DNA from: Candidatus Saccharimonadia bacterium
Lineage (GTDB): Bacteria > Patescibacteriota > Saccharimonadia > Saccharimonadales > Saccharimonadaceae
Direction of reading: 5' to 3'
Assembly (NCBI GenBank): GCA_023260255.1
Contig: JALQVV010000079.1
Location: 1-48,479 of the forward strand
DNA length: 48,479 nt
The translations under genes and the position numbers were made by a program. The notes beneath the pieces are model-generated. The model searched no databases, was not told where the DNA came from, and saw only the letters and a list, made by a program, of their open reading frames with translations. Position 1 is the first letter of the stretch. The number at the start of each line of letters is the position of its first letter. Shown piece by piece: positions 6,901 through 15,147 of the stretch.

Positions 6901-9720
6901 GCCACCGGTAAGGTATATATAGCCACCCCATATAACAGCATTTGCGCCACCGCCTGTCGTACGACCAGTAGTAAAATCATTTGTGTGTGCCCAGCTGCTT
7001 GCGAGTGTGCCATCACTATTGATTTTTATGTAGTAGGTGTTTGAGGTAAATGGGGTACCACCAACCGATCCCGCTCCTCCTATTAGGTACAGGTAATCAT
7101 TGTAGATAAGCGCCGTTGCACCAAATGTTGCACCAGGGCCGCCAGATGTGAGAGCGGTGCTGGTGGACCATGAACCAAGTTTGCCATTGGGGAGGATATC
7201 TGCAACCCAGACCGTACTGTTTGCAGCACCAACCGCCGAGCTGTTATCGAGGCCCCCAATGAAATACATCTTGTTGTTATAGGCGACGGCTGCTCCCTGG
7301 ATACGTTCGGACGGCAAGGTCATGTTTGTGTCATCATGATACCAGTAGACCCAGTTGGCCTTATTTGTATCGGTAGGGTGCCATAGCCGAGGTTCGCCAT
7401 TTGCCCCTAACTTGGCCACATAGACAGTTTTGAACTTATGATTGCTGACTCCAGGGCCTGATTCGTCATTGCCACCCATTGCATAGAGGTAGCCATTGTA
7501 GGCAACAAGTGAAAAGTTAGCGCGGTTTGCCGGCAGGTTATATGAAGGCGAGGAGCACCAGCCACTACACGTGCCGCTACCAGGATTTGCATTAACGACG
7601 GTGCCGTTGCCCGTGTCAAATTGGGCCCAGTTGACGGAAGCGCCAGCAAGATTACCCGAACTCGGGGTGCTGATGATAATCAGTCCATTAGTGCCAGCAG
7701 TGCCATCTGAGTTAGCATTCACAGAAGCGCCGCCTTGTCCTGCAGTGCCTCTATCGGTGTCGCTACTATTGCCGGGAGAGGTCCCAGATCCTGCTGAGTT
7801 GGTGACACTTGATCCAGTTGTATAGCTTGAACCACCACCGCCACCACCGCCGGCTGTGTTGCCTGTGCTATTACCTTGGGCACCACCACCGCCACCATAG
7901 TAACCACCGCCACCACCGCCACCGTTGCCGGCGCCGGTGAATCCTGTGCCGCCTGCACCACCACCGCCACCACCGCCGTTGGCATTGCCGCCCGTGTTAC
8001 AGCCTCCGACGTATTGACCGCCGCCACCACCAGTAAGCGAAGATCCGGCGGCACCATTACAATTTCCGACGCCACCTGCACCACCCGCGCTTTGTGTTCC
8101 GCCACCACCGCCATTGGTCTGGCCAGCTACGTTCGGGGATCCACTCACGCCGGTTGTTCCACCACCTGCACCACCTGCACCACCGCCACCTATAGTATTC
8201 ATGGCACCGCCACCACCGCCACCACCAGCTGCTATAAGGAGCGGTGTGCCGCCACGGAAAATACTTGAATAACCGCCACCACCGCCACCAGTGAGTCCGC
8301 CACCACAGAAAAAGCCTGAGCAGGTTGTTCCGGGTCCGCCACCCCCACCGACATAGAGTGTCAGAGTCTCGCCGGGTGTAACGGAAAGGGTCGATGCGAC
8401 GTAGCCACCGCCACCACCTGCGCCACCGGGATAGCCTGCGTAGCTACCAGCACTACCGCCACCACCGCCCCACATTTTGACAGTGATTGATGATGCATCC
8501 ATGGGGACCTTGTAGCTCACCGATCCTTGGGTGCTCACGATTGTGCTGCCGCCCGTTGCGGATGAACCACCCACTTGGTAAAGGAATCCTCCCGATGCAA
8601 CAGCGCCGCCACTGAATTGTCCCGTTGGAAGGGTAGTAGTGCTTTGCCATGAATCAAAGCGTGCGCCGGTCGTCCGGCCCTTTTTGATTAACTTGTTGGT
8701 GACATCGAAGTTGATGTTTGATTCATTATTACCGTACATGAACTGGGAAGCGGTGACGACGTAAATGGAGGGGTCAATCGTCAGTGGGTAAGATCCCTTT
8801 TTGAGTCCACTCACCGCAACTTTTAGTGATGTGCCATCCAGTTCGTAATGGGCAGATATACTACTTGCCCCTTTGCCGGTTTCCTTGATTGTTGGGGCGG
8901 GTATCACAAATAGGCGGGTATTTTTCGGTGCATTTTGCCGAGCCTTTTGGAGGAGGGCTGCGTCTTTTTCGGTACCGGTCGTGATATTGCCGCTGAGCAG
9001 AGCATTACCATAGATACCTATGCTTCCGTCGGTTTCCTTGCGTGCTTCCAGATTATCACCAAGCTTTATTTCATATTCGAACAAAGCTGTATCTGCATTG
9101 GCCGACTTTAGGACAATGTCTTCTTTGGCGCCTACTGCTGTCATTGTATAAACAGCCCAGCCATCGTGATTTGTCAGGGGATAAACTATGCGGTTGCCAT
9201 CTTTTTGGCCTGCTGCAGTAGGGAATTTTGGAGTGAGCGTGAAGTTCACTTTGTTGGTACTGTCAGAAACAGAAACGCCTTTTGATGCATCCGCATAGGC
9301 AGTTGCGGTGACGCCACCACCAGCACTTGTTGCTGCACCCGCTTCAAGTGATTGTTTGCTGTCAAAGCTAAACATCTGCTGCTGCGCATTATAGGTGAGG
9401 TTCTTTGCCATTAGGGGTTCTCGTTCCATCAGTAGGGATTCGGCGGCACCGAGGGCATAGGTTTTCTGAACAAGGAAAGGATCAAGAACGGCGGCAATTT
9501 GAGCAACCAGCAGCGCACTAGCGATAAACAGAGTACCACTCCGCAAATGGCGGTTGCGCCACACGATGGTTGATTTGAATCGCCGAGCAAAAACAATCAA
9601 TAGTCGCCGTGCGATTCCAAAAAACCTGGCAACAGGGGAGTGTCGACCGCTTTTTCGCGGCACTGCCAGGCGGATTGTAACCCCTCGTCTCTTTATCTGG
9701 TTCACCTTTTTGATTTCCAC
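3964..9720 (-). CDS. Giant (1918 aa) cell-surface protein: signal anchor, glycine-rich (ALK/LTK-type Gly_rich-like) domain and at least 17 Kelch-like beta-propeller blades
   Basis: Uninterrupted ORF with a GTG start after AAGGGG. N-terminal TM is LFIASALLVAQIAAVL. Gly-rich strings include ITVKMWGGGGGSAG...GGAGGGGGYVASTLSVTPGETLTLYVGGGGG. The blade signature h-Y-h-h-G-G recurs (YLYAMGG, MYFIGG, YLYLIGG, YIYLTGG, YLYVIGG, AIYLVGG and others). Confidence 0.85.
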   Translation of the reverse strand: MEIKKVNQIKRRGVTIRLAVPRKSGRHSPVARFFGIARRLLIVFARRFKSTIVWRNRHLRSGTLFIASALLVAQIAAVLDPFLVQKTYALGAAESLLMEREPLMAKNLTYNAQQQMFSFDSKQSLEAGAATSAGGGVTATAYADASKGVSVSDSTNKVNFTLTPKFPTAAGQKDGNRIVYPLTNHDGWAVYTMTAVGAKEDIVLKSANADTALFEYEIKLGDNLEARKETDGSIGIYGNALLSGNITTGTEKDAALLQKARQNAPKNTRLFVIPAPTIKETGKGASSISAHYELDGTSLKVAVSGLKKGSYPLTIDPSIYVVTASQFMYGNNESNINFDVTNKLIKKGRTTGARFDSWQSTTTLPTGQFSGGAVASGGFLYQVGGSSATGGSTIVSTQGSVSYKVPMDASSITVKMWGGGGGSAGSYAGYPGGAGGGGGYVASTLSVTPGETLTLYVGGGGGPGTTCSGFFCGGGLTGGGGGGYSSIFRGGTPLLIAAGGGGGGGAMNTIGGGGAGGAGGGTTGVSGSPNVAGQTNGGGGGTQSAGGAGGVGNCNGAAGSSLTGGGGGQYVGGCNTGGNANGGGGGGGAGGTGFTGAGNGGGGGGGYYGGGGGAQGNSTGNTAGGGGGGGSSYTTGSSVTNSAGSGTSPGNSSDTDRGTAGQGGASVNANSDGTAGTNGLIIISTPSSGNLAGASVNWAQFDTGNGTVVNANPGSGTCSGWCSSPSYNLPANRANFSLVAYNGYLYAMGGNDESGPGVSNHKFKTVYVAKLGANGEPRLWHPTDTNKANWVYWYHDDTNMTLPSERIQGAAVAYNNKMYFIGGLDNSSAVGAANSTVWVADILPNGKLGSWSTSTALTSGGPGATFGATALIYNDYLYLIGGAGSVGGTPFTSNTYYIKINSDGTLASSWAHTNDFTTGRTTGGGANAVIWGGYIYLTGGCSVTDSGSNYCTTTLSDTQIASINADGSLGTWSTVSGVTKQAMGVNLLAWRDTLYSLGGCSQQSATTGVCSGGAQNGISYGTIKQDGDVSTITTSAASGAAPCTGTTPANCNLPATGSVGYYLNTTVVSNGYLYVIGGCTNTACSATSGGVAFTQVSATGDLVQPASCPSGSSATGGWCVFSATISGGMSAAAPVVYNDAIYLVGGSSGAALKNTIYRATVTPSTGALSAWSADTMTSIGATSVKYTYAAVRANPAGAGSNPAYMYIIGGCTTASGPGCTTYTQNVYRCNITASGAVGGCSTSGQLQLGTVTGASGVGLGYAGGAIYGNYIYLVGGSAPGVTELATTRYAKFNSSNNIVTVGSGWVESSQTLSTAVRGSSVFAYNGYLYVVGGINATSGIKNNISYVKINTDTGNLDSSGWRQSVVTITGRWGLAIAVSNSYAYIIGGCTTGTTLTNCSAATTAVERFNIYNNNSGAPAGWSTAANSYTTARYYQGSTVWNGYIYVAGGCTTFSANDCSGAASDVQRAQIDSTTGAIGTWSATTASLPKGLGGGKLFNVGGTLYFVGGVTAGYSTNESTVYYATPASNGNITSWSTASNNLPQGRSFFGGAVWNNRMYIVGGRSGSCTNSVCNTVYISPQLNSGGNITSAWTSSANTFSVSRMNLAAVAYANNLYLLGGINAVGGTYLSDTQYAKIDTSTGDIGSWTFSTSLPAGLTLPDAFAANGYIYVMGGYRNGAACSASTMVAPISANTTIASGNNPTGIGNWFETNTFFSGARYGAASIYNNGKAYLLGGFCPNAAVSPNVQQTTLFTQPQIAKYSIAFDTDTDVYPTRYLVNGIDNSIGSSWQLKYQTMSDPSVRVPGLGTDPNGDPGIECSATQMSNWGQTTTISSLALGSLGTYSPLDSSGTNMSCGRYYFLNLSIDAQASFGYPDDTSRGPTITDISLRYTAAPSQRSMHGRTFINGIQTPLDTPKYDY
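7653..8538 (-). repeat. Low-complexity GGN-codon tract encoding the glycine-rich domain
   Basis: Long runs of ccaccaccgccaccacc on the plus strand. These also create spurious long ORFs in other frames. Confidence 0.8.
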
Positions 9721-9792
9721 ATCCCCTTAGGGGACCACTCACGTATGATAGGGATATTTTACCATAACCGTATCAAGGAGCAAAGAGGTGAA

Positions 9793-12700
9793 CTATCTGT
9801 TGCTAAACGTGAATCCAAGATCGCTGACGTATGCATTAGCGTTTGTCATAGAGCGAAGGGTGATCTTGAAGACGATACTGTCGTTAGCAGCAAAGTTACA
9901 GGTAGAGGGGTCAGAGCCTCCTGTCGCAACAGCTTGATCCCATACATTCGCGCTGCTAGCGACAGTAACTGAGTTGCCGCAAGGCATCATCCCTGAACTG
10001 TTACTCTTATATATTTGATAGGTTATTCCTGCATTTGTTGTATTGTCGACGCGGCCCTTGATAGAGGTCGATCCAGAGTTGAATGCCTTAAAGGTTGAAG
10101 GGAGCTGATAGGTAACATAGATGCTGTAATCTTGTGATGATGATTGAGGAGAGGTCCATTTGTAGAAGTTTCTTGTTTCGTTGGTGTTACAAATTTGAGG
10201 ACCATTCGTCGGATCATTAATATTGAGGAAGTCAGAGCAGATATCTGATGTCATGGTACCAACACCCGTACCATGCATCACTGCATTTGTGTATTCTGGC
10301 GAAATCGTAATGATATTGTCAGGTGCTGATCCACAAGCTCCCCAGCCATCGGCCTCGTAGCATTGTAATTTTCCGATCGTTGTATCGTAATACATTGAAC
10401 CAAGTAATGAATCATTGTTCTCGGCAATTGGTGCAGAAGCACCTCGGTCGACCGTAAGCAATGTCGGAGGGCCACCACTCGCGCCACCACCAACCTGGAC
10501 ATTGGCCGCTGTATTCGTTGCGAGTGACATTGTGAAGTTGTCGACAGAGAATGTCCTTGCAGTTGATGCAGTCTCGGCGAAGTAAACATATGGATTGGTT
10601 GCTGCCGTTGAAGTGGTCTTTATGTAGCAGGTGATTTGTGTCCAGCTGCTTGTGCTAATGGTTTGGGTATTGTAGTCGACACAGTCAACGTAATTACCTG
10701 CATTAGTATCTGTTGCACCTGTTGGTGAGTAGCGGATCTTGAAATCTGTAAAGGACTCTACGGACTTCGCGTAGACAGATATGCGGTAAAGTGTGTCAGT
10801 AAGAGGGTTAATAGACAGCTTGTTACGGATTCCGGCATTTGCCGCACCTACGCTAATTGCTGCCTGGGCGCTATCGCTTGCATCATACCCATCGCTCGTA
10901 TTACGTGTAGGAGTGACCGTACCGAGGCCAGCAGATACCCAGTTGGAAGCGAAATTCGTGTTATCCACTACGGAGCCGTCGGTTGCATAGTTGAGGTTGC
11001 CAGCGACAGTAACGCTGAGGTTATCGACGTAGAAGGTACGCGCAACACCTGTTGTCTGACGGATTAAGATGGCATTGTTTGATGAAATGCTCGACGACGG
11101 TGCCTTGAACGAACAGTCAATCCTTGTCCAGACACTTGTCTTGATTGCCTTACCAGATGTACAGAGGACAGAGGTTGAAGTGCCATCAGCAGAGTAGTAC
11201 ACATCCATATCGGTGAATGTTCCGCTTGAAAGACGTGCTGTAAACGACACGTTATAGGTCATATTTGCGTTTAGGGCTGCTGAAAGTTGGTTCTTGATAC
11301 CATGTCCTGCAGTTGCGCTTGTCGTGACCGCAACTGACCCTTGGCCTGTATTGATAAAGTCGCCAGCCGTGTTGTAACGAGTGACGGTGCCGCCAGCAGG
11401 AGCTGCGGACCAGGTGTTTGATGGGAAGGTTGTGGCGGTGCTGCCAGCCGTTTCGGCGCCGGCGTTGCTTGCATATTGTGGGACATTGCTATTCACCGCG
11501 AAGAGGGTGCCGGCTGATGCATTCTGGACTTCAAGCAGTGTTCCATTGACCGGGTTCGTACTACTGTCACGGATCGTGAGGCCATTGGTATTAGAGCCAC
11601 TACTGACAATCAACTCAGCACCGCCGGCGCTTTGCAGTGTATTGTTGTATGCCGATTGCAGGGTGGTTGAGTTTGATGCACCGGCCACGGTCCAGTCGCT
11701 CCCATTCCAAATGAGTGTTGCACTGGTGTTCTGGCGCATAGATGTCAGATTGCCAGTACCACCGCCATTGAGTGATAGTGTGAAGTCGCTCGAGCCATTT
11801 GCGGCAGTTATATATACGATGCGTCCGGCGGTCGTATTGGTTGGATCGGGGATGTTGGCCGTTTGACCAGCTGCGCTGAAGCCGACGATGATTGCAGAAG
11901 TGCTGTTGATGCTCGCTGCAGTTACGGTACAGGTACTGGCGACCAGTGCGCCGCCGGTGTAACAGTTGGCATCATTTGAAGTAGTCGAGAATGTCGGTGT
12001 GCTGATGACGACCAAGCCGTTTGTACCAGTGCCGACACCGCTACCGCCGCTCAGTGTCAAATTGCCGCCATTTGCGTTACCGTTTGTCGCTGATCCTGCC
12101 TGCAGGGTAACATCTCCACCTTGAGCGTTAGCGGCTGTGCTGCTGGTGCCCTGAATCGTAAAGCCATTTGCGGTCGAGGCCTGTCCGCTTGCGTCAGCAT
12201 TTCCAACGTACAGTGTGTTACCGCTGCCAGAGAATCGGGCACGTTGAGTTCCGTTTGTTGCGATAGTCGTGTCGTCTTTGGACTGGATAGCTGTCGTGCC
12301 ACCTGCTATGGTTGTCGTGCCGGTACTAGTGTTGTTGCCGATTGTAATTGTCTGAGAGCCGCCAGATGCAACTCCGACACTGATCGCACTTGCGTTGGTG
12401 GTACCGATTTGGATAGTGCCATTTGACCCACTACCGCTGCCAGTGCCTGCATCAATGGCAACACCGCCGCCGTTACCACTGCTGCCCGTGCCGTTGCCAC
12501 CTTGAAGAACAAAGCTACCACCGTTGCCGCCACTGGCGCTCCCTTCGCCGCCCTGGAGCCAAAAATTGTGTGAGTCGCCGCTGCTGGCAGGTGCCATTGT
12601 GAGGACATGGTCGTCATCGTTGCCGAAATACAGATCACCATAGTTGTCGATCGTGAATACATCCGTTGAAGCTCGTTGCAGTTGAAGCAGGTTGCCACTG

Positions 12701-13311
12701 CCGGTCTTGTTGATGAAGATACTGCTCGTATTAGTGCTGGTATCAGTCTGGACACCCTGGGCAAGCTGCACAAAGTTGCTCGCCGTTTTGCCACCAAGCT
12801 GGGCAGAGTTAATTGCAAATGGTACAGAGGTAATCCGTTTCATCGGCAGCATTTCGCCGTCAGCTGTACAGCTGGCACCACCAAACGATGTACATGCCTG
12901 GTTTGACCCAGCAACGTTCATAGACAGCCATAGGCTGTCTTGATTCCAATCAACTTGTGTACCGAATGCATTGAGCGATCCGAGGTTTACCGAGAAGTAG
13001 CCATTTTTCACCTCCACGCCGTTTGTACCGCCGTTGTTAATATATGATTCGGTCCATTTCAGTGTACCGCCACCACTTTCCGATCCGTCCCGATAAATCT
13101 TGAACTGGATATTGTAGTTGCCATCAGGAACCACACCACCGCCGGCTGTCAGTAGTCGACCTTGAAAACTTAGCGTCTGGTTGATGCCTGGTGCCGCGTG
13201 CGAAACAACACCAAATAATAGCGTTGTGATTAACGCAACAAACATCGCAACAAGCCCTGCTATTCGCAGTGCATGACGCTGTTTAAAAACAGTGGGGAGG
13301 TGACACCACAT
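9793..13311 (-). CDS. Large (1172 aa) secreted or surface protein with Gly/Ser/Thr/Asn-rich beta-rich regions and two tandem CBM_4_9-like jelly-roll domains
   Basis: N-terminal signal anchor is IAGLVAMFVALITTLLFGVVSHA. Two paralogous ~160-aa segments end in ARTFYVDNLSVTV and ARTFSVDNFTMSL (about 10539-11514). It is the first gene of the minus-strand operon, 72 nt upstream of the giant gene. Confidence 0.8.
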   Translation of the reverse strand: MWCHLPTVFKQRHALRIAGLVAMFVALITTLLFGVVSHAAPGINQTLSFQGRLLTAGGGVVPDGNYNIQFKIYRDGSESGGGTLKWTESYINNGGTNGVEVKNGYFSVNLGSLNAFGTQVDWNQDSLWLSMNVAGSNQACTSFGGASCTADGEMLPMKRITSVPFAINSAQLGGKTASNFVQLAQGVQTDTSTNTSSIFINKTGSGNLLQLQRASTDVFTIDNYGDLYFGNDDDHVLTMAPASSGDSHNFWLQGGEGSASGGNGGSFVLQGGNGTGSSGNGGGVAIDAGTGSGSGSNGTIQIGTTNASAISVGVASGGSQTITIGNNTSTGTTTIAGGTTAIQSKDDTTIATNGTQRARFSGSGNTLYVGNADASGQASTANGFTIQGTSSTAANAQGGDVTLQAGSATNGNANGGNLTLSGGSGVGTGTNGLVVISTPTFSTTSNDANCYTGGALVASTCTVTAASINSTSAIIVGFSAAGQTANIPDPTNTTAGRIVYITAANGSSDFTLSLNGGGTGNLTSMRQNTSATLIWNGSDWTVAGASNSTTLQSAYNNTLQSAGGAELIVSSGSNTNGLTIRDSSTNPVNGTLLEVQNASAGTLFAVNSNVPQYASNAGAETAGSTATTFPSNTWSAAPAGGTVTRYNTAGDFINTGQGSVAVTTSATAGHGIKNQLSAALNANMTYNVSFTARLSSGTFTDMDVYYSADGTSTSVLCTSGKAIKTSVWTRIDCSFKAPSSSISSNNAILIRQTTGVARTFYVDNLSVTVAGNLNYATDGSVVDNTNFASNWVSAGLGTVTPTRNTSDGYDASDSAQAAISVGAANAGIRNKLSINPLTDTLYRISVYAKSVESFTDFKIRYSPTGATDTNAGNYVDCVDYNTQTISTSSWTQITCYIKTTSTAATNPYVYFAETASTARTFSVDNFTMSLATNTAANVQVGGGASGGPPTLLTVDRGASAPIAENNDSLLGSMYYDTTIGKLQCYEADGWGACGSAPDNIITISPEYTNAVMHGTGVGTMTSDICSDFLNINDPTNGPQICNTNETRNFYKWTSPQSSSQDYSIYVTYQLPSTFKAFNSGSTSIKGRVDNTTNAGITYQIYKSNSSGMMPCGNSVTVASSANVWDQAVATGGSDPSTCNFAANDSIVFKITLRSMTNANAYVSDLGFTFSNR

Positions 13312-13460
13312 TCTTCGTTTTTGTTTCTATATCTGTTGTTTTATAGAAAATTATTTATTTCACTTAGACGTGTGGTGCCATCAAAGCTTGCGGCCATTCT
13401 ACCACAAGCATATTGGGGTAGCAATGATTCTGTGAACGAAATACTCTCGCATGATTCTTA

Positions 13461-13469
13461 TGCTATAAT
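13461..13469 (+). promoter_or_regulatory. Extended -10 element TGcTATAAT for the F1 ATPase operon
   Basis: cttaTGcTATAAT lies about 45 nt upstream of the GTG at 13512, in the divergent intergenic region shared with the surface-protein operon. Confidence 0.4.
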
Positions 13470-13511
13470 TACCCTCAAGCGCCAAGAGAGCGCAGGGAGT
13501 ATAAACAAACA

Positions 13512-14354
13512 GTGAGATTATCGCGGACTATTCTTAGCCTGGTGGCTATCGTAGTGGCTACTGTTGCTTTGGCGTCTCCTCTGTCTGCCGCCAATTACGG
13601 AGGTGGAAGCGTGCAGGGCTATGCTGCTGACGCTCCACTTGATAATGGCACTATTGTGCAGCTGACTGGCAAAGATAGTAACCGTGTCAAAATCGCGACC
13701 CAGTCTGATCTACAAAATATGTTTGGGGTGACAGTCGATCGCAGTCAGCTGTCGGTAACACTATCGAACGAAGGGCTCGAAAACGAAGTGTTTGTGGCGG
13801 TATCGGGCACATACAATGTATTGGTGAGCACACAGGGCGGCACTATTGAAGCGGGTGATTATGTAACGCTTTCGTCGGTCAATGGTATCGCAATGAAAGC
13901 AGGCACCGAAGAAAAAACGGTATTTGGCCGTGCTGCGAAGTCGTTCGATGGCAAAGGTGTGACATTGGGCACCACTACCCTTAAAGATACAAATGGCAAA
14001 ACGAATCAAACGGTCAAGCTGGGGTTGATCCCGGTCACTATTGATATACGACGTAACCCCAACACGATCAGTACAACCGCCAATCTGCCAGACATATTAC
14101 AACGTGTGGGGCAGGCTATCGCTGAAAAGGAAGTTAGCCCAATCCGTATCTATCTGAGCCTCGCGATCACTGCTGTCAGTTTGGTTGCGGCTATTGCAGT
14201 CCTATATTCCGGTATCCGTAGCGGAGTAATATCGATCGGTCGTAACCCAATGTCTAAAAAGTCCATTTTCCGCGCACTTCTCGAAGTAATCTTAACGAGT
14301 GTGCTTATTTTAATTATCGGCCTATTTGCGGTATATTTACTACTGAGGTTATAA
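13512..14354 (+). CDS. Exported protein with a C-terminal two-helix membrane hairpin; first gene of the F1 ATPase operon (function unknown)
   Basis: 280-aa ORF with signal peptide LSLVAIVVATVALASPLSA and a ~190-aa soluble domain. The C-terminus is LSLAITAVSLVAAIAVLYSGIRSGVISIGRNPMSKKSIFRALLEVILTSVLILIIGLFAVYLLL. It ends 28 nt before the next gene. Confidence 0.75.
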   Translation: MRLSRTILSLVAIVVATVALASPLSAANYGGGSVQGYAADAPLDNGTIVQLTGKDSNRVKIATQSDLQNMFGVTVDRSQLSVTLSNEGLENEVFVAVSGTYNVLVSTQGGTIEAGDYVTLSSVNGIAMKAGTEEKTVFGRAAKSFDGKGVTLGTTTLKDTNGKTNQTVKLGLIPVTIDIRRNPNTISTTANLPDILQRVGQAIAEKEVSPIRIYLSLAITAVSLVAAIAVLYSGIRSGVISIGRNPMSKKSIFRALLEVILTSVLILIIGLFAVYLLLRL

Positions 14355-14382
14355 CGCGCAGAATAGGTGGGCTCAAACGAAC

Positions 14383-15147
14383 ATGGGATTGTTTCAACAC
14401 AAAAATCAGTCGCAGCAAAAATCGCCGAGCGATCAGGCGGCCGATGCTGCTATGCGTTTGTTTGACGATGATTTTCGTGAAGAGCTGCGTACCCAAGGCA
14501 AGTTGTATTTTGAACGAGTGATCAACGAAAACGCGGCGCTGTTCAAACAGGATCTGGATGCAACTGTCGCCCACATTAATACTGAACTACGCCAACACGT
14601 TGCCCGACAACTCGATGAACAATTTGCCGAGATCACCCGGACCAATACCGAACTTCGTCAACATGTCACCAACCAACTCGATGAGCAGTTTGATGAATAT
14701 AGCAAGACGATGCAACAGGCGCAAGAACTTGCCCTGCAGGCACTGAATCGCAGTGCACAAGCACTCGAGGATCAGCACAAACAACTCAGTGTCTCGTTGG
14801 AAAAAAGCATTGCTCACCAAGATGCCATGCTGACGGGCGCAGTCGAGGAAACCCAGGCGCATTTGGCCGAGATGAAAGATGCTCAGTCGGCAGCGCTTGA
14901 ATCATTGAATCGTAGCGTTCAAGCATTACAAGAACAGCATCAGCAACTCAGCGCACTATTGGAGAAAACAGTCACCGATCAGCAGGCACGGCTGGTTGAT
15001 GCATTTGAACAAAATATGGGCCGAATCATCGAGCATTATTTGCTTGGTGCACTCGGTGATCAGTACGATCTCAAAGCACAGTTACCATCGATCATCAAAC
15101 AAATGGAAGCCAACAAACAGGCGATTGTGGATGATATGAAACTATGA
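14383..15147 (+). CDS. Coiled-coil protein with internal repeats and no TM segment; occupies the position of the peripheral-stalk b subunit
   Basis: 254-aa ORF, Q/E/L-rich with heptad-like sequence. Its stop overlaps the next start (ATGA at 15144-15147). Confidence 0.75.
   Translation: MGLFQHKNQSQQKSPSDQAADAAMRLFDDDFREELRTQGKLYFERVINENAALFKQDLDATVAHINTELRQHVARQLDEQFAEITRTNTELRQHVTNQLDEQFDEYSKTMQQAQELALQALNRSAQALEDQHKQLSVSLEKSIAHQDAMLTGAVEETQAHLAEMKDAQSAALESLNRSVQALQEQHQQLSALLEKTVTDQQARLVDAFEQNMGRIIEHYLLGALGDQYDLKAQLPSIIKQMEANKQAIVDDMKL
14578..14709 (+). repeat. Tandem 66-nt (22-codon) repeat inside the coiled-coil gene
   Basis: NTELRQHVARQLDEQFAE and NTELRQHVTNQLDEQFDE. A second, longer duplicated unit (LNRS.QAL.(E/D)QH.QLS..LEK.(I/V)...) follows at about 14740-15010. 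Confidence 0.8.

Noticed and set aside
7719-8268. ORFs of 130-131 aa on both strands within the Gly-rich region (7719-8114 minus strand, 7876-8268 plus strand).
   Set aside because: They are artefacts of the GGN/NCC codon repeats. They translate to A/V/T or T/A low-complexity strings and lie wholly inside the 1918-aa gene.
7653-8538. A CRISPR-like or tandem array.
   Set aside because: The periodicity is codon-level (3 nt) low complexity inside a CDS. There is no repeat-spacer organisation, and none was seen anywhere else in the window.
10023-12943. Many 60-170-aa ORFs in alternative frames or antisense inside the 1172-aa gene (for example 11381-11866 and 12306-12818).
   Set aside because: They are fully nested in a long, coherent ORF. 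They have no RBS or signal features, and their composition is that of frame-shifted Gly/Ser/Thr repeats.
3964-13311. A diversity-generating retroelement or other targeted hypervariation system acting on the giant surface proteins.
   Set aside because: There is no reverse-transcriptase ORF in the window. I could not find a template/variable repeat pair (near-identical about 100-nt copies differing at A positions) by eye. This needs a computational self-alignment to exclude fully.
13512-14354. Annotating the 280-aa protein as a genuine ATP synthase c subunit (atpE).
   Set aside because: Only the hairpin topology and the R-N-P loop resemble c. It has no GxGxG motif, the carboxylate spacing differs and a large exported domain is fused. 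I kept it as a hypothesis in the findings, not as an annotation.
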